This document shows, piece by piece, positions 36,121 to 52,527 of a stretch of 64,000 bases of DNA (the stretch's first letter is position 1; every line of letters begins with the position of its first letter). The notes below the pieces were generated by a model. The model saw nothing but the letters and a program-made list of their open reading frames with translations. It was not told where the DNA came from and did no database searches. A program made the position numbers and the translations under genes. Location: assembly GCF_009914755.1 (NCBI RefSeq), contig NC_060935.1; one strand, 5' to 3'. Source of the DNA: the human T2T-CHM13v2.0 reference genome, Homo sapiens.

Positions 36121-37899
36121 AAACGTCCTCCTCCTACAGATTGCTGACGCACCGCTCCTGGCATTGATAAGGCTCAAAAGGTCCTACCTCTACAGCTTCG
36201 TTGGGCTTCTCCATCTGCTTAGCCCAGAGTTCTCCTAAGGATGTCTGGGGTGTAGCTTCTCTACAGCTTTCAGCCTTGGTTCAGGACACCTGGCCTTGGG
36301 CTTCTTGTTTGTACTTCTAGAGGGTATCAGGATTCGGAAGCGGGGGCTATAAGAGCCAATAGCAGGTTTACTGGCTTTTGTAGCTACAGTGGCCTCACCA
36401 AGGCAGGCTGCAGGGGGCTGGCAGCCAGTGCCTAAATGTCAGCCTCAGGAGGCCTCTGTGACTGCTGGTTCTGAGCCAGCATGGATTGGGATGGGGTAGC
36501 CAGTCCTTTGGAGAAGGGACATCCTTAGGACTTGTCTTATGACATATGGATCAGGAGCAGTAGCCTCTGGTCCTGCAGTTTCTGTGGGGGACCCCACAAA
36601 CTCCCACACATTCTCCAGAGGGGGAAGCTCACCTCTGACCCCTACCCCTAAACAATGAAATAACTGTGTTCAAACAGTTGCAACAAGTTGATTCTGGAGT
36701 TCCAATCCACTACTGCTGAGGTCATGGGTATGCCAAGAGCCTCACTATCAAGATGTGGTTCAGGAATACTGGCTTTTTGGGGGAGTCAGTCCTTGCACAC
36801 CAGTCTGTAAACTCCACGAGAGACAGTAACAGTGTCTACCTGGTACATAAAGCATTTTGCTCAGTACCTGGCCCTTGGTAAATATTGGTTAATGATGCGT
36901 TTGGGTAGCTCTATGAGCAAGTTGGGTACTTCAGTGGTTATAGAGATGGCTGTATTGCACAGAAATGGTAAACTTAAAAGCTATAAGGACCAAGCAAGTC
37001 ATGTAAGAGAAAAGCTGGCCAGCTAGGGCCAGAGGCTTATAGAACAACATATTCCCTGCTCCCGGTGCAGAGGACAGCCACTACTGCGCTCTATGCCTGC
37101 CATGCTGAAGACAGGCCCAGCACTGGCAGACATTCTTAGTTTTCAAGAGAGGATAAAAAGCTAGATCTATTAAATCTCCCAATTTTTAAGTGTTGTCCAT
37201 TTATTCAGTGAAAAGCATTTTTTCCCTGTGATTGTGGGCTGGATGCAACAGGTGCACTGCCAGTTGCAACCTCTGTAACCCATAGGGTTAGCTCTAGTTC
37301 ACAGGAGTTGTCAGGATCCTTGGATTAGCGTAGCGCAAACCCTACCTCCCCCTCCTCGCGCTCCAGCCTCCTGGCACCTCCACCCCACCCTGACCCTGGC
37401 GTGAAGTTAGCCAGCCACCCCACAGCAACTGCCCGAAAGGTCCTTCTTAGGCTCTTGTGACCTCTGCAAGAAGATTATACCTGTAAATCCCTAAAGCCAT
37501 CAGCCTAAGATGGGGGATGGGAAGGGACTGGGGGCCCGGGGCAGACAAGAAGGCGCGAGCTGGCTCTCCCTGCCCCACCCCTCCCCACCCCGCCCCACCC
37601 AGGCGGGCTTTCTCGCCATAGCCTTCCCTGGGTCACTGTCAGACAAGCTCTTCCCTGGCTGAGCCAAGACACTTGGACTTTTTCCAAAGGATTTTTAGTA
37701 GTAATGAAGAGAAAGCACAAGGGACATAAACAGAACAAGGTGGCCTAGAAATGGGAGTGTTTACAGAGCTTGGTCTTCGGAACCCAAGAGGGCCGTAATA
37801 GACCAGATAGCAGGGCCGAGGGAATCCACCCGGGAGAGAGGGAGGGAGTAGTGGATTTCCATTCTCAGTAAGGAGGGAGGCAGTTGGAAGAGAGGAGGG

Positions 37900-39240
37900 G
37901 ACGGTGGTTTCAAGACTTCCACCCTGGGGAAGAAGGGACGGGGAGACGGCGGGAATCTAGGAAATTGGGGGATGGCTATTTCCATTCCTGAGAAGGGGGG
38001 AACTTGATTGTGGGAGGTTGGCTGAAGACTCCCACGCCGGAAAGGAGGGCGCCTCTGCGGAAGGGCCCCGAGTGGCGACAGCGGATCCGGGACTCCCAAG
38101 CAAGCAGGAGCCGGAGCAGCCTCTTAGCAACCCCTGTCCCGGGAAGGTTTGAAAGCAGCGGTGCCCTAGTGACGCCGGAAAAGATGGAGCGGTTGTCATG
38201 GCGACGCGGAGCACACCTCGGAAATAAATAAATAAGCGCCCAGGCTGCCGCAGCCGCGCCCCCGCGGGACCCGAGCGAGGGGGAGGGGGCCTCACGGGCC
38301 CGGGTCCCCGCAGTCGCGCGTCCCCGCCATTGGCAGAGCCGGAGGGGGTCACCCCCCGGGGGGCGAATGGTACAGTCCTCCGCCCGCGCCTCGGCCGGGC
38401 CCGCAGCCTGCGAGCCAGCCCCAAGCCCAGCGCCGCCGCCGCCCGCGGAGCCCCGAGCGGAGCCGGAGGCGGCGATGGAGGGAGTCAGCAGCCACCGGAC
38501 CCTGTCTTACAGCCGCTGGAGCTATGACAGGTAGGGCGCCCGAAGGGTGGCCCTGCGTGAGCGCCTGCTGACCCTCGATCTCCTGCGGGAGAAGCGGGCC
38601 TCCGGGGGCTAGGACTGGCGCGAGCGCCCGACCCCCAGGGTGGGCTTGGGCACCCGGACCCTCGGGCATCCGGGACCCAGAGCCTCGGGTACGGCGCAGC
38701 GGAGCTCCAGCGAGGGTAGTGTCCCCACACCCACGGGGCAGAGCTGTCGGAGGAGGGCACGCGGCCACTGGGACTAGCGAGCTGGCACCTCTGCCCCCAC
38801 CCCAGCTGCCCCGCCAGGGTCGCTCCGCCGGGGGACCCCGAGAAAGGGCGCGGAGGGGGCGCCGGGAGGGGCGGGGCAGGGGCCGGGGTGGGCCCCTGGC
38901 GGGCGGGGCGAGGAGGGGGCGCCTTCGGCTCTGGGATGCGCCCGCCGGCGTCTGCGCCCCGCCGGCCCTCCGCAGGGACCGAGGCTGGCCCCGGGCGGAG
39001 TGTCCCGCTGGCTGCCGGGGACCCGCGAGTCGCTGCCTGTTCCGCGGGGCGAGATGGCAGCCTGGGCCGGCTGTCTGGGCGCAGGAGCGGCGCTCTCGAG
39101 TTGCCAGGCTCCGCGCCCGCCCCGCGGGGATGGCGAGCGGCTGCCGGCGTGGGCGGTTTGGAGCTGCGCTCCCCACGCACTCGTCCTGGAGGAAGGAGTC
39201 ATCCTCCCAGGCGAAATGAAAAAAATAAGAACGGAGTGAG
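37900..39240 (+). promoter_or_regulatory. TUB: TUB distal CpG-island promoter
   Basis: Very high GC/CpG density around the first exon, GC boxes, X-box-like motifs at 38160-38173 and 38192-38205. Confidence 0.85.
38475..38530 (+). CDS. TUB: TUB alternative first coding exon (MEGVSSHRTLSYSRWSYD-S)
   Basis: gcgATGG Kozak; peptide recognised as a tubby isoform N-terminus; donor AG|gtaggg in phase 2, compatible with the shared ...VLDDEG exon outside the window. Confidence 0.85.
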
Positions 39241-40352
39241 TTGGTCATAAAGCCGAGTACATTTATTCCTAGGTTATGCCTGTTCTACCTTTTGTTGGTG
39301 TGTTAAATGCCACCCTTGTATTTAAAATGAAACCATGATGATAGTAGATAGTAGTTTGTTTGTTTGTTGTTTTTAAGTTTCGTAACCCCAAGTCCATCTG
39401 CAGAATTCTGGAGTTAAATTTCCTGACCCATGATCCTAGATGGTGAGGGCTGGAAGACAAACTTCATTTACTGGGCTGCTCTCATCTCCGTGAAGTCCTG
39501 CTTCCTGTGCTCTCCTTCCCTTAACTCTGCCAAAAACCTCCCTGCATCTTCGACAGCCCTTGTTTGCCTAGATTCAGAGGAACAGGTGTCCCTCCTGCCT
39601 AAGGCTAGTTTGCCTAGGACCCCTCCTCACCTTCCCTGAGTCTCGCCCCGTATTAATCCCATCTGTCTCCTCCATCTGCACCTTCGCCTCTTTACTAGTG
39701 ATCTCTCTTCAGCCTGTAAACTTATTCACCTGTGTCTTGTTTACCTCCTCGAGATGGGCGCAACTGATCCACGTCTGTTTTTTTCCTTTCATTGCCTTCT
39801 TTGGGGAAATATATCGTCTGAATTGGTTAATTCTGTTTCTTCATCAGCCCTTCCTTGCACAGCCCCAGCAAATCTCCTGTCCACCTCATGATTCCAGTGC
39901 ACCTGCCTTTTTGAAAAGTGGTGCTCTCCACGGAGAAGAACTCTATTATTGGAGTATTAAACTTAAAATAACAAAACCTACAAACTTTGGTTCAGATCCC
40001 AAATTCACACATTCATTCATTTATTCAACAAACATGTATTGAGTGCGAACTATATCCTGGGCCCTGGAAATAAGGCGATAAAAAGACAGAATTTCCTCCG
40101 GGAGATGAGCTCACAGTCTAGATTATATTAGAAATAAGCAGTGACATATTCTGGGAGAAAAACTTAAAGTTGAGCTAATTCCATATAGTAAATAATTTTT
40201 CCCTGCAAAAGCAAACCTATAAAAGCAGAAAGACTTTGGAGTTAGATAACCTGCATTCAAATCCTGACTCCACCTAGCTAACTTTGGACAAATTACTTCT
40301 CCCTGGGCCACAGTTTCTTGGGGAAGTGTTGTGAGTATTAAATGAGGTAATA

Positions 40353-40709
<357 letters not shown>

Positions 40710-40805
40710 TCATGCAACAAGTGGTATAAATTGCTGTTTTATTAATGCATATTGTAAACGTTTCTGGAACTCTAGTCTTCCACAGAAGCTTGGTTTGAAA
40801 ATCTT

Positions 40806-41122
<317 letters not shown>

Positions 41123-41710
41123 TCAGACCCCTACATAAAGACATTTACTGGGTTTCTGTCTTCAGAACTCTTTTCTTCTCACCCTGACAATCTCAGTACC
41201 TGGGGAGCTATGTGAAGAAAACAACTCACCTGGCCCTTGACCAAACTAACTGAATCAGAATATCCAGGGGTACGACCTGGGCTCAATGTTTGTTTAAAAC
41301 TTCGCAGTTGATTGTGCTGCAGCTGGTTTGTCTACTCTCCAAAAGCACTAGTCCACACCACCTCCTCTATGTTCTCATCAGTACTTGTTTTTTAAGACAT
41401 AAATATTGAATTATTCAAAAATTACACAATACTCAATCAAGCTGTTAAAACCATTACACAAGCAACACATACATTGGGTACATAGCATTAAAAGTGAAAA
41501 TCTGTGTTCTGCTGACCTCATCCCCATCCTAACTCTATAAGGAACCATTGTTAATAGTTAACTTTCACTTTCCAGCACTGTTCTCTGGTTGCTGCCCCCA
41601 TCACATCTTTGAACCTGGCAAACACCTTTCCTTCAAGTCCTCACCCAAGTTGACCTCTCCTCCGTGTGTTTATGTAAGCTGTTGTCCGCCTTGCTTCTGG
41701 GCCATGTGCA

Positions 41711-42530
41711 TGTCAGTTATCTATTGCCATGTTAACAAGTGACTCCTAAATTTAGTGACTTAAAATAACAACTGTTTTGGCCAGGCGCGGTGGCTCAGGC
41801 CTGTAATCCCAGCACTTTATGAGGCCAAGGCGGGCGGATTACCTGAAGTCAGGAGTTCAAAACCAGCCTGGCCAACATGGTGAAACCCTGTCTCTACTAA
41901 AAATACAAAAATTAGCCAGGTGTGGTGGCACATACCTGTAATCCTAGCTACTCGGGAGGCTGAGGCAGGAGAATTGCTTGAACCCGGGAGACGGAGGTTG
42001 CAGTCAGTGCAGTGGAGATCATGCCACTGCACTCCAGCCTGGCCGACAGAGCAAGACTGTGTCTCAAAAACAAAACAAAACAAAACAAAAAACACACAAA
42101 CAAAAACAAAACAACAACAACAAAACAACTGTTTGAGTTAGCACAAGATTCTGTGGATCAGCAATTTGGGCTGGGCTTAGCTGGGCAGTTTTGTGGTCTG
42201 GGCCAGGCTCAGCTTTTCTGGGTTGGGCTTGCTCACATATCTGGTGCTCCGGCTGGGAAGGCTAGAGCAGCTGGGCCTTCTCTCCACGTGCCTTCTCATC
42301 TTGCAGCAGTCTCACTCAGGTTGGCACACATGGTGGTGGAAGGGATTCCAGTGAGACAGCAGAAGCTGCAGGGTCTCTTGAGGCCTAGGTTTAGAACTTG
42401 CACATCACTCTGCTGCCTTGTATTAGTCAAAGTCAGTCAAAATGCCAGCCCACATTTCAGGGGTGGGGAAACAGGCCTTACCTCTTGGAGGCAGGAGCTG
42501 AAAATCTATGGCCATTTTTCCAACCTACCA
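41711..42530 (-). mobile_element. MaLR LTR (MLT1) split by AluSx (41779-42125, +)
   Basis: tgtcagttatctattgc ... ttccaacctacca; Alu with (CAAAA)n tail and TSD acaactgttt. Confidence 0.8.
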
Positions 42531-44689
42531 AAATATGATGCCTACATTTTTACAATTTCTGGCTCCTCTTAGGTCCCCACTGTCCACATCTGAGCACATG
42601 CCAAAGTGCTCCTCTTTTCCAGTTCACTCTATTCCATTCTATTCTCAGGCTACACCCTGGTCTCAGTTATCAACGCAATGCTTCTAACACAGAAATCTAT
42701 ATCTTCAACTCCAGCCTTTTTGCCAAGACTTAGTCCCACATCTCTAAATGCCTGTAGACGTCTCCATCTAGACATTCAGCCAACAGCTTTAACGCAATAG
42801 GTTTAAAATCAGACCTTTCACTGATAACTGTATTCTCTAGTCAGCATCCACAAGCCAAACGGACTCCTCAAAACTTGGACATTGACCTTGACCTCTCCAA
42901 ATCTCCTTATCTATACCACTGATTGTGATGAAGATAAAAGGAAAAGATCTATGTAAAATGACTGGCACAAAGTGGGTATCATGAAGTCCATTTTTTTCCA
43001 CAGCTTGGCACCCCATTAACCATTTTGTCTCCACTCAAGCTTCAGTCGTTATCCTCAAAGGCTTCAGTGCCCATATCAGTGACCAAACTAGCACTCTTCA
43101 CTCCCAATTTCTGGACCTTCCCATTCTAGACCCTTCTCTTCAGTTATTCACAGGATAAATTCCTAGATGATGACAGCTGGAATTGCTTCACTTCTAATCT
43201 CATACACATGAATTGCCAGCTCTCTGACCTCAGGCATGTTCCTTATACATTACTCCTGCCATAACACGAAGGTGTCTGCCTTCATGGCCTACCAGCCTTT
43301 TCCCGGCCTCTCTTCTCTTCCCAGCTTGTATTACATGGTAGATTATTTCAGTCACTCACTCCAGCACTTTTTATTCCCTCACGTATGCTCAGCACGACTC
43401 TAGCCCGGCGTGGATCAATGTTAAAATCTCTATCCCCTTTCTTCTTATAACACTAGAATCCTACAACAAAAATGACTTGCCTGTGCAGGATGTCACCACT
43501 TTCATGGTCTTCATCTTCGGCCGGGCCACCAATGCCATCTCTCAGTCTTTCTGCTTCTCCCTGATGAACTTCACTCCCATTGCCCACAACAGCCCTTCCA
43601 AACCTTCCGCACTCTCAAGACCCCTCTCTGCTTGACCCTTATCTGCACCCCGTGTGTTATGTAAATGGCCCTGCCTCCTGCTCCTTGGAGAAAAATTGAT
43701 CACATCAGGCATCATCTTCTGTCACGTCCTGACTCCACTTCATTTCCACTCTACTTCAATCACTCCCTTGTGGGGACTTTGTTGTTCTTCCCAGTTCTTT
43801 GCTATTATAAATAATTTTGTGTTGAACATCTTGTATATATGACATTCTCCCCTCATGTTTGATTATTCAATTAAAACAAACTCCTGAAGAAGGATTGTTA
43901 GTTTCCAATGTTGGCTACTGTCAGATTGTCCTCCAGGAGGGGTGAATTGATTTCTTTTTCCACAGGCAGTCACTGACTGCATTGTTTTGCAATTATGTTT
44001 GTGTGTGTGAGTGTGACCTCTCAGACTCTGAGACAAAGTAGCATCACTGCGCAGAACTTGGATTTTGGGGTCAAAGTGACCTGGCTTTGCAGCCCAGGTC
44101 CTTAAATTATTGCTTATATGGCTTTAGACAAGTGACTTAACCTCCATCAGCAAATAGACAATAATAATGGTAGCTACGTCTTAAGGTGGGTCCATTCACT
44201 CAATATGCATTTACTGAACACCTTCTAAATGCCAGGCAACATTTTAGGCAGTGGAGACAGAATGAAACAAAGTCTGTGGTCTCGTAGTTCTTACCATCTA
44301 GTTGGGGGAGATATGGACAAATATATTTAATGTATCAGTGCTAAGAGGCTTATATAATATGATAAAGTGCAAAGCAGAAAAAGCAGAGTCTGGAGGAGAG
44401 AGTCTGACAGCATGGGCATGCTGGGGGTGGTGTGTGTGCTGTGTCATATAGTGTGGTCAGGGAAACTCTGAGGAGGGGGTATTTCATCCAAGAGCTGAAA
44501 GAGGCGAGGGAATGAGTCATGTGGTTAATGGGAAGAATGTTCCATGGAAAGGAGCAGCAAGTGACAACGTCCTGAGGTAGGAGTGTGCCTAGTGTGTTTG
44601 GGAACAGCATGGAAACCTGTGTGTCCTCTGCCTCTTTGTAAAACTTCCTTATTGCTCTTCTCCCAACTCCCCGCACCCACTCCACCCAT

Positions 44690-48215
<3,526 letters not shown>

Positions 48216-48539
48216 CCCAAAATTAGCCATAAATGTATGGGTTTATTTCTGGACTCTTGACTCTTGTTTTACACTATATCTGTGACCAAAGGTGGATTCT
48301 GGCCCACACTGGTCTCTTCTGCAACATATCTTCTTGTGGCTTTTTTCTGGCCCCGGGTTCCCAAACAAAGCATGCAGTTGCTGGTGATATTCTCTGCACA
48401 GTTAGGTTTTTGTTGAGTTGAAGAAGTAGCCAAATTCTTATTGTAAAAGTAGCCTTTCGTACTAAGCTGACTTTACCTTTCGAGGAGAACTTAACAAAAT
48501 ATGTGCTTCTTCCACTTTTAAAGTTTGGGCCCTCAGGTT

Positions 48540-48858
<319 letters not shown>

Positions 48859-51276
48859 TGTCTGAGCACTCTCTAGTTCTGACATTCTGTGAGTATATGA
48901 CCTATGGCCTCGGTGTGTGTTCTGTGATAGGAAAGGCCAGGGTGGAGGGATGAGAACAGGACAGCTGGGATTGGAGGTCCTGGCCGTGGCAGTGCCAGCT
49001 TAGGGGTTGCTGGCCAGAGGAGTCGGGTGGCTACCAGAGGCAGGGGGCTGGAGGCTCTGCTTTGTTTTAGAACTTTTTGAGTGCAGCTACTTCTCTTTTG
49101 ATGGATTTATAGCAGTACAGTACCAAGACAGCTGGACTGGATGGGGCAAATGAGGGCAGTGTACAGAGGGTCGATGAGGAATGGCGTTAGAGGGCAGTGA
49201 GTGGGGGGTGGTCTGTTTCCCATCCAGCTGGTGTAACTGGGGCTCAGGGTGATTTATGGTGGAGAGGGGAGTCGGGTATGGAGGTGGGGCATGGACTTTT
49301 CAGATCCCTTGGGACTTGCCCGCGCTGAAGTTTGACGTCATCAGGCACTGTGGTTTTCCAGATAGGGTCACTGGATGCAGTCCAACAAATGCAAAAAGAC
49401 CTTGGGCAGGGACATTGTATCTGTGACCAAAAGTGGAAGGAAGCTCCAGCTATGCCTACAGTCTGGAGAACAGTTGCCAAGTAGGGGCTCATGGGTATCT
49501 GTTGATACTTACTGCCTTCACTCTGGAAAATCCTGAGCCTGAGTCTCAGCTGGGAGATTCTGGCCCAGCATGTGCTTGGGGGAGATTCACACCTTTGCTG
49601 TCTATCCTAAGCCATGTAGTTTGTCCTGAAGGTGCAGCAGTTAGATCTCTGGGCTCAGGTGTGTGTTCCTCTGCAGCCTTGGGCAGGTGTCCTGGTCTTC
49701 TGATCTGAATATGAACAAAGACAACCCTAGATATGTATGTGTGTTGGGGAGTGGGGTTCAGAAGTCAGCAGGCCTTAGGGAACAGCCTGTCCATGCTTTT
49801 GTCCTGGGGAGAGGCAGATTTCTGCAGGTGAACAATGCTAGAGAACTGTGCCAGCAGATGGGACCCTAGTGTCAGAATGAGGAGCACAGAGCTGAGGTCC
49901 GGGGGAAGCGGTCCCTGGATCTGGGGAGGCTTTGGAGTCAGGGAGGGCTGGCACCAGGATAACAGCAGCCTAGGATTATCTCTTTGCAAGGTCACGTTCC
50001 TCTACAAAGATTCAATCCCAGCCTGGCTCTGCCTCCATGCCCCCTTAGACACTGCAGACCAACTAAATACCATGCCAGGAACACCACAGTGTCCCGAAAG
50101 GACACTGTCTCCTGACACCAGCCCCTCTTTCCACAGTCTGACATTTTGGGTGTTATTTCGTCCTCTCCATCACCAAGTGTTCAGACAACAGAGGCAATGA
50201 CGGGTTGGGCTCTGAGAGAAGGCGTCTGTGTGCACATCTGAGTGTGTGCATCAGTAAGAGTGTATCTGGGTGGGGTGTGTGCACAGGGGTGTGCCTGCCA
50301 CCAAGGGCAGCCATGTAGATGTGTCCCAGTTGTGTGTGCTTCTATGGAAGCAGGTATGTATGGTGGAATTGACTGTGTGAACGGGGTGGGACTGGGGGGA
50401 TCCTCTCTTTTGCCCTGCATTTGGTGGGGTCAAGAGGTAGGATTGGGAAGTGGAAGGAGGTCAGGTACACTGGCCCTTTCCTGGGCCCAAGATTACACTT
50501 AATGGGGGGCCACAGGCCTGCTTTCACAGGCACCTTGCCTGGGCAGTTTCTGGGAGGCTGGTGAGCTCTAAAAGCCCTAAAAGCACTCAAGGATTAAGCA
50601 GGAGCCCCTGTGCCTAGAGCTCCGCTTAGGTCGCTGAGCCAAAGAGACCCTGTGTGACCCTGGGCAGTGAGCTGTGGTGGGGTAGAGGACCCTTCCCTCC
50701 CTGCCAGGCCCAACCCATGGGAGTTGAGAGCGGGGACCTCGGTCTGCCGTGAGGTGAGGGGCTGTGGGGCAATCCGGGGCCACATCAATGTTGGATGAGC
50801 CTGCACCTCCTCGATACCATCTTCCTTGGTCTCACTTTTAGTGTAACTGGAGAGCCCAGGGACCAGTCCGAGCTGGCCATGCGCGATCTGCTGGCAGTGG
50901 CCGCACCTGCGAGGGGACAGGAGCTGGGGTAGGGAGGCTGGCGCAGGCCCACGGCGTGTCCTGGAACAGCTTGGGGGCCACAGGGCCAGTCTCGCAGGGC
51001 AGGGGTCGATTCCAGTCTGGCCTCTGCTCAGGCCCTGGGTCCCGGTGCAGGGTTACTCCCCCGCCCCCCTCGGGCCACTTCGCCTTCCGCGGGGTGTCAT
51101 CTGTCTGGCGGCGTGTCCTTGGGCCAGTTCGGTCCCATCCCCCTGCCTAGCTCTGGGAGTTTCCTGCTCGGGAAGGGGCTGGAGGGGCAGCAGCTGGACA
51201 GAGAGAGACCCCCTGGGGTAAGGAAGGGGAGCAGCCGCGACTGCACAGAGCCTCCCACTGCAGGTGAGTGTCCCGC

Positions 51277-51330
51277 CTGGGGAAAGGCCGGGAGCGCCTG
51301 GGGAAAGGCCTGGGGAAAGGCCGGGAGCGC
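51277..51330. repeat. Short GC-rich tandem repeat
   Basis: cctggggaaaggcc x3 with gggagcgc spacers. Confidence 0.8.
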
Positions 51331-51624
51331 AGGAGTGAGATTGGGGGTCCACAGTGGCCAAGCTTCTCCCCACCCTGGACTTTCCTACTCCAGTCCTGAC
51401 CCTTTATAGCCTTGTGACACCACAAGTGCCGCCCCCACCCCCAACTACCACCAAGTATCGCCCTACAAGGCAGCAGTGAAGTAGGCTCGTAGCCGGTGAA
51501 CACCTGGTACTTGTTGGCAGATGTTGGGATGAAGTTATTACTGCACTGTGGCCTCCATGATCAGCATGGACGGACACTCCTGTGGGCAGCAAGTTTGGAT
51601 TGGATCAGTGAGCCATGGCGAGTG

Positions 51625-51755
51625 GGCAGCAGCCTGTTTTAAAAAACTGTTTATTGGAAAACAGACACATCTATCGGCTTAAATGTTGTCTATGGCTGCT
51701 TTCACACTACAACCTCAGATCTGGCCCTTCAAGAAAAAATTTTGCCGATGCCTGA
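51625..51755 (+). mobile_element. MER58-like fragment
   Basis: tttattggaa...gtctatggctgctttcacactacaac...tctggccctt...aaaattttgccgatgcctg. Confidence 0.6.
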
Positions 51756-52492
51756 GATATTCTCCCAGGGCATACTTCCCTTTAACCTACACGTGTTCAT
51801 TCTCTTCCTCTCCCTCACACCTGGGCACCTATCCTCCCTCCTCCCTTTGCACCTCCCGCACATCTGGCTCACGCCAGGCTCTCCACACCTGGGAACATTT
51901 CTTTGGGGACCATTCACCTCACATCTGGTCACTATTCCTTCCTCTGGCAAGAGAGGAAATGACTGGGGCAACAATTTCAGAATCTAACAGGACAGCCGAG
52001 GGCTGAGGGAGGACCTTTGCCTGACCCCAAGTTGTCAGTGAGCCCCTCCCTAGGCTACAGGAGCAAGGCGAGTTAACTGCCGATGAGCACAGCTGCTCTG
52101 GGCCCCCAAATCTGTTTTGTCACCCGAGAGACTAAGCAGGCCAGTTCTGGGCATGGGCTTTCTGTCACTCCCTCTGTTGGCTGGTGACAGTGCTGAGGTC
52201 CCGATAGAGTGGTAGGGAGACCCTGCCGAACAGATAATTAGAGGGTGCCAATATGATCTGGGGGGGAACCTGGGAGACAGGGAGCTCCAGAGGCACCGCC
52301 CCTCGCCTGCCCGCTTCCCTGTCGCTTCCACACCCTGGGGCCCATCGTGCCCCACTTCCTCCAAGCCCCAAGCCTTTGCAAACAGAACAAAAGCCGTTTC
52401 CTTGGTTCCCTTTTGTACGTCTGAGTTCAGGGGTCCGTTTCAGGGCCTGGACTCCGGGAGACTCCGGGAAACTCCGGCGCCCGAAGACAGAG

Positions 52493-52527
52493 CTGCATTC
52501 CTGCTGTGCCGCCACAAGATGGCACTC
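52493..52527 (+). promoter_or_regulatory. Candidate CTCF site with upstream module
   Basis: CCGCCACAAGATGGCACTC core (52509-52527) preceded by CTGCATTCC. Confidence 0.55.

Noticed and set aside
37957-39250. Long ORFs (299, 231, 166, 155 aa) in the TUB CpG island
   Set aside because: Stop-codon depletion in very GC-rich DNA; Arg/Pro/Gly/Ala-rich with no recognisable fold.
51277-51330. Triple NF-kB site
   Set aside because: GGGAAAGGCC lacks the YYCC half of GGGRNNYYCC; treated as a simple tandem repeat.
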